Source of the DNA: Candidatus Parvarchaeota archaeon
Lineage (GTDB): Archaea > Nanobdellota > Nanobdellia > WJKC01
DNA: 64,000 nucleotides
Reading direction: 5' to 3'
Assembly (NCBI GenBank): GCA_030615175.1
Contig: JAUWZX010000001.1
Coordinates: 588,044-652,043 of the forward strand
Each line of letters starts with the position of its first letter. The first letter of the stretch is position 1. The translations under genes were made by a program, and so were the position numbers. Below, one piece after another: positions 61,517 through 64,000 of this stretch. A model generated the notes under the pieces. The model saw only the letters and a program-made list of their open reading frames with translations. It did not search any database and was not told the origin of the DNA.

Positions 61517-64000
61517 TTAAATGTTTAAGCCTGAAGCTTCACCCATTACTTCAAAGAATATCTTCATGAAGCTTGGAATCTTCCATATGACCCCGAAAGG
61601 ACTTACAGATATCTTTCCAGTAATCATCATTCCAACAACATTCCATGCAAGACCCGGCAATGACAGTATGAAATCTAATGGTCCTTCAGCATTCTTAAGC
61701 GAGGTCTCCCACCAATTCTTCAATGACATTAATGCTTCGAAGTCAAGGTCAATGAAGACATTACCATCATTCTCTCCTGCGCCGTCAGCAAGACCGTACT
61801 CAACCCAACTAATTAATCCATCCTCAGTCCTGAAACTAATCTCGAACACTGACTCATTCAAGTACTTCAACCTAATTGATGTTGTAACGTCACCCCACTC
61901 CCTTATCGCTTCACTAAGTGACGGGTACTTGTCAATCTCCCAGTTCATATTATAAATGATGTCCTCAAGCACGCCTGACGTTGCTAATTCATTCCACTTC
62001 TCCTTAACTTCTTCTGCAAGATTCTTTACTTCGCCAGTAGTCATTGAAACACTGTACTTAAGCCGTGGTTTAACACCGCTTATTAATAACCTGTCACCGC
62101 CTAACTCCATGCGCCTGCTAACCATTCTCCTGCTCTCAAAAATCTTATCCTCTTCCGCATACATTCTCTCAATGAATATTCTCTTATCATCCATTATCAT
62201 TGCTTTCTCCTCTTCAATTTCAATCATAATGTCATCATGGAATAACTCGCCGGCATCGCCCTCAATACTAATCAAGTCTCCTTTAGGAGAAATAATTATC
62301 TGCGCTATATCCATGTCATCCTTTTCTGTAATTACTACACCCTCACGCATTAGATTCCTTGCAATAACTGCCTCTGTCGTCTCCTCTAGTATCCTAGATT
62401 GAATTACTGCTCCGCCAGTAACTTCATCTCTTTCAGTTATCCCTCCACTTTCCATTACTCCCATAGGACCTGTTAACTCACCAATCATTCCAGTAGCTTT
62501 GATTTCAACAGCGTGGCGTTCGAATTCAGGAGCAAATCTTGCACCTCCAACCATAACTGCGCCACCAAAACGGTAATTAAAAGGATTCTCATATAAGTGG
62601 ATGAAAACATGAGCAGTTGTAATAACAATATTAACCGCTGTGAAATCAGGGAATGGATTCTCGCTTAATGCTGAAAGGTATGCAATTTCATTATCATAAC
62701 CCATTATCCTGTAATAAATTGCGTTAACACGCTCCTTTAACTCCCTCATCTTCAAAGTGCCCGCTTCATAAGAGTCAGCCAGTAACTGAAGAGTATCCTG
62801 AAGGTCAGAAGGCACTACCAAGTCCCTCTTAGCAATTAATTTAATGCGTCTAGCAGCAGCCTGCTCCCTCTCATACCTGTCATAAGCCCTGTCAACCGCG
62901 TCAGCAATGTCATCACTCCAGTCCTTCCATATTACGTCAATCTCGAACTCGTAATCCAATTCCTCCTCCACCTCAATGAAGAATGGCTTGAAAACCTCAT
63001 GATACATTACAAGTATTTCAAAATCATCAGTTGAGTACGCAAAGACTCCGCCAATACGCCCGCCTATAAAATCATACTCATGGAATCCATCTGTCTCAGC
63101 AATAGCTACTTCAGCAATCCTCTCATCACTTGCTTCATCAAGCTTATCATTCATCCTGTCTTTCTGCACGAGAACACTGTACACTAATTCCTCAACGCCG
63201 ATGCTGTCAAAATCCCCGCCAATGGATTTTAACCCTGCAATTAAGTCAACAACTGCTCCCTCAACTGCCTGATCGCTTAACGAATAAGTTGACTTTGAAT
63301 CAATAGCTGCCTGAATCTCATCAGCTAACTCTAACTCCCTCTTCTGCCTCCAGAATAACTCATTAGCCTTATCAAGTTCCTTTCTGACAAGACCCCAATC
63401 CCTCCAGTCAATTCTTAATTCAACATTGCACTCATCCTCGTACTCCCAGTCGCACCAGCTGTCAATGCTTGCGAAAATATCCTCGCTTGACCTGTTAAAC
63501 TCAATTAATTCCCTCCAACCGCCAACGTGAATATCTTCAAATTCCCATTCATACCAGATGTCAGGAGGTGGAATGTCATCACCTAAATCACTTACAAGTA
63601 TTGCATCCCTAGTGACTTTATCAATGTCCCTCATCTTATCACTGGTCTGCAAGCGTAATAATTCAAGGTCAAAAGCAGTTGCTTCTCCAGCAACGTATTT
63701 CTTAAGAAGGGTTATGAACTCCTTTAAATTATTAACCTGAGCAGTCACGTCAACTACTTCTTCAAGGTCGCGTCTTAACTTCTCTGCCATCCTTCGCTTC
63801 CTAATCTTCTCAGCCTCTCTCCACGCTTCCTTCTCAGCTCTCTTAAGATCTTCCTTGTAATTTATTCTTAACATGCCGAAATTCATCCACACGTGGAATC
63901 CTCCTTCATCCCTGTGCTCATCATACCATCTGTTAAAGCCGAATTCAATGTCATCGCCCCTGTAAACCTCAACATGGTCTCCTACTTCAACCCTGCCAAA
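61517..64000 (-). CDS. large acidic protein, N-terminus outside window
   Basis: The frame stays open upstream of the track's GVG start at 63892 all the way to the window edge (..FGRVEVGDHVEVYRGDDIEFGFNRWYDEHRDEGGFHVWMNFGML..). Asp/Glu/Trp-rich. No family recognised. Confidence 0.6.
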   Translation of the reverse strand, partial: FGRVEVGDHVEVYRGDDIEFGFNRWYDEHRDEGGFHVWMNFGMLRINYKEDLKRAEKEAWREAEKIRKRRMAEKLRRDLEEVVDVTAQVNNLKEFITLLKKYVAGEATAFDLELLRLQTSDKMRDIDKVTRDAILVSDLGDDIPPPDIWYEWEFEDIHVGGWRELIEFNRSSEDIFASIDSWCDWEYEDECNVELRIDWRDWGLVRKELDKANELFWRQKRELELADEIQAAIDSKSTYSLSDQAVEGAVVDLIAGLKSIGGDFDSIGVEELVYSVLVQKDRMNDKLDEASDERIAEVAIAETDGFHEYDFIGGRIGGVFAYSTDDFEILVMYHEVFKPFFIEVEEELDYEFEIDVIWKDWSDDIADAVDRAYDRYEREQAAARRIKLIAKRDLVVPSDLQDTLQLLADSYEAGTLKMRELKERVNAIYYRIMGYDNEIAYLSALSENPFPDFTAVNIVITTAHVFIHLYENPFNYRFGGAVMVGGARFAPEFERHAVEIKATGMIGELTGPMGVMESGGITERDEVTGGAVIQSRILEETTEAVIARNLMREGVVITEKDDMDIAQIIISPKGDLISIEGDAGELFHDDIMIEIEEEKAMIMDDKRIFIERMYAEEDKIFESRRMVSRRMELGGDRLLISGVKPRLKYSVSMTTGEVKNLAEEVKEKWNELATSGVLEDIIYNMNWEIDKYPSLSEAIREWGDVTTSIRLKYLNESVFEISFRTEDGLISWVEYGLADGAGENDGNVFIDLDFEALMSLKNWWETSLKNAEGPLDFILSLPGLAWNVVGMMITGKISVSPFGVIWKIPSFMKIFFEVMGEASGLNI

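Noticed and set aside
61521-62402. Plus-strand ORFs 61521..61955 and 61956..62402 (and 63558..63740)
   Set aside because: Ser/Ile-rich shadows antisense to the large acidic ORF.
1-64000. Search by eye for CRISPR arrays, rRNA genes, and integrase or transposase genes
   Set aside because: No regularly spaced 25-40-nt repeats, no long GC-rich structured stretches, and no recombinase motifs (R..HxxR..Y, DDE) recognised in any ORF. Absence is by inspection only.

Overview
AT-rich archaeal chromosomal window. Archaeal markers: TBP, RtcB ligase and archease, HMG-CoA reductase and isopentenyl phosphate kinase, GGPP synthase, geranylgeranyl reductase, and three tRNA genes that all carry introns. A small-genome DPANN-like origin is my inference, not shown. 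All coordinates outside the ORF track were counted by hand and anchored on ORF-track ends, so expect +/-1-2 nt error. No search tools were used, so every family name is a motif-level call from memory.

Core content:
- hycI / two-subunit 2-oxoacid:ferredoxin oxidoreductase / GGPP synthase operon (1.0-5.0 kb).
- PolX.
- A compact Mbh/Ech-like group 4 [NiFe]-hydrogenase operon with hypC (8.6-12.6 kb).
- Two tandem ArsA/Get3-like ATPases.
- thiI, a MacB-type ABC cluster, guaB, gdhA, rtcB, eno, tbp.

Accessory content:
- (i) A very AT-rich 7.5-kb island (23.2-30.8 kb) bracketed by 49-bp direct repeats.
- (ii) A second island (40.6-45.0 kb) with nuclease-fold, DUF4365-like-TPR and AbrB genes.
- (iii) A HerA-like ATPase plus SWIM protein pair.
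- (iv) A plasmid/provirus-like replication module next to tRNA-Thr (56.5-61 kb).

Most unusual signal: one sequence core (CAACCCTTTT..AAAAGCGTTGACGGAAAA) is shared by a canonical-position tRNA-Pro intron, a T-loop tRNA-Ser intron and an intergenic insert flanked by 19-bp target duplications at the thiI/permease junction. A second, unrelated small insert with a 24-bp junction duplication sits inside the hydrogenase operon. No rRNA genes or CRISPR arrays were seen.
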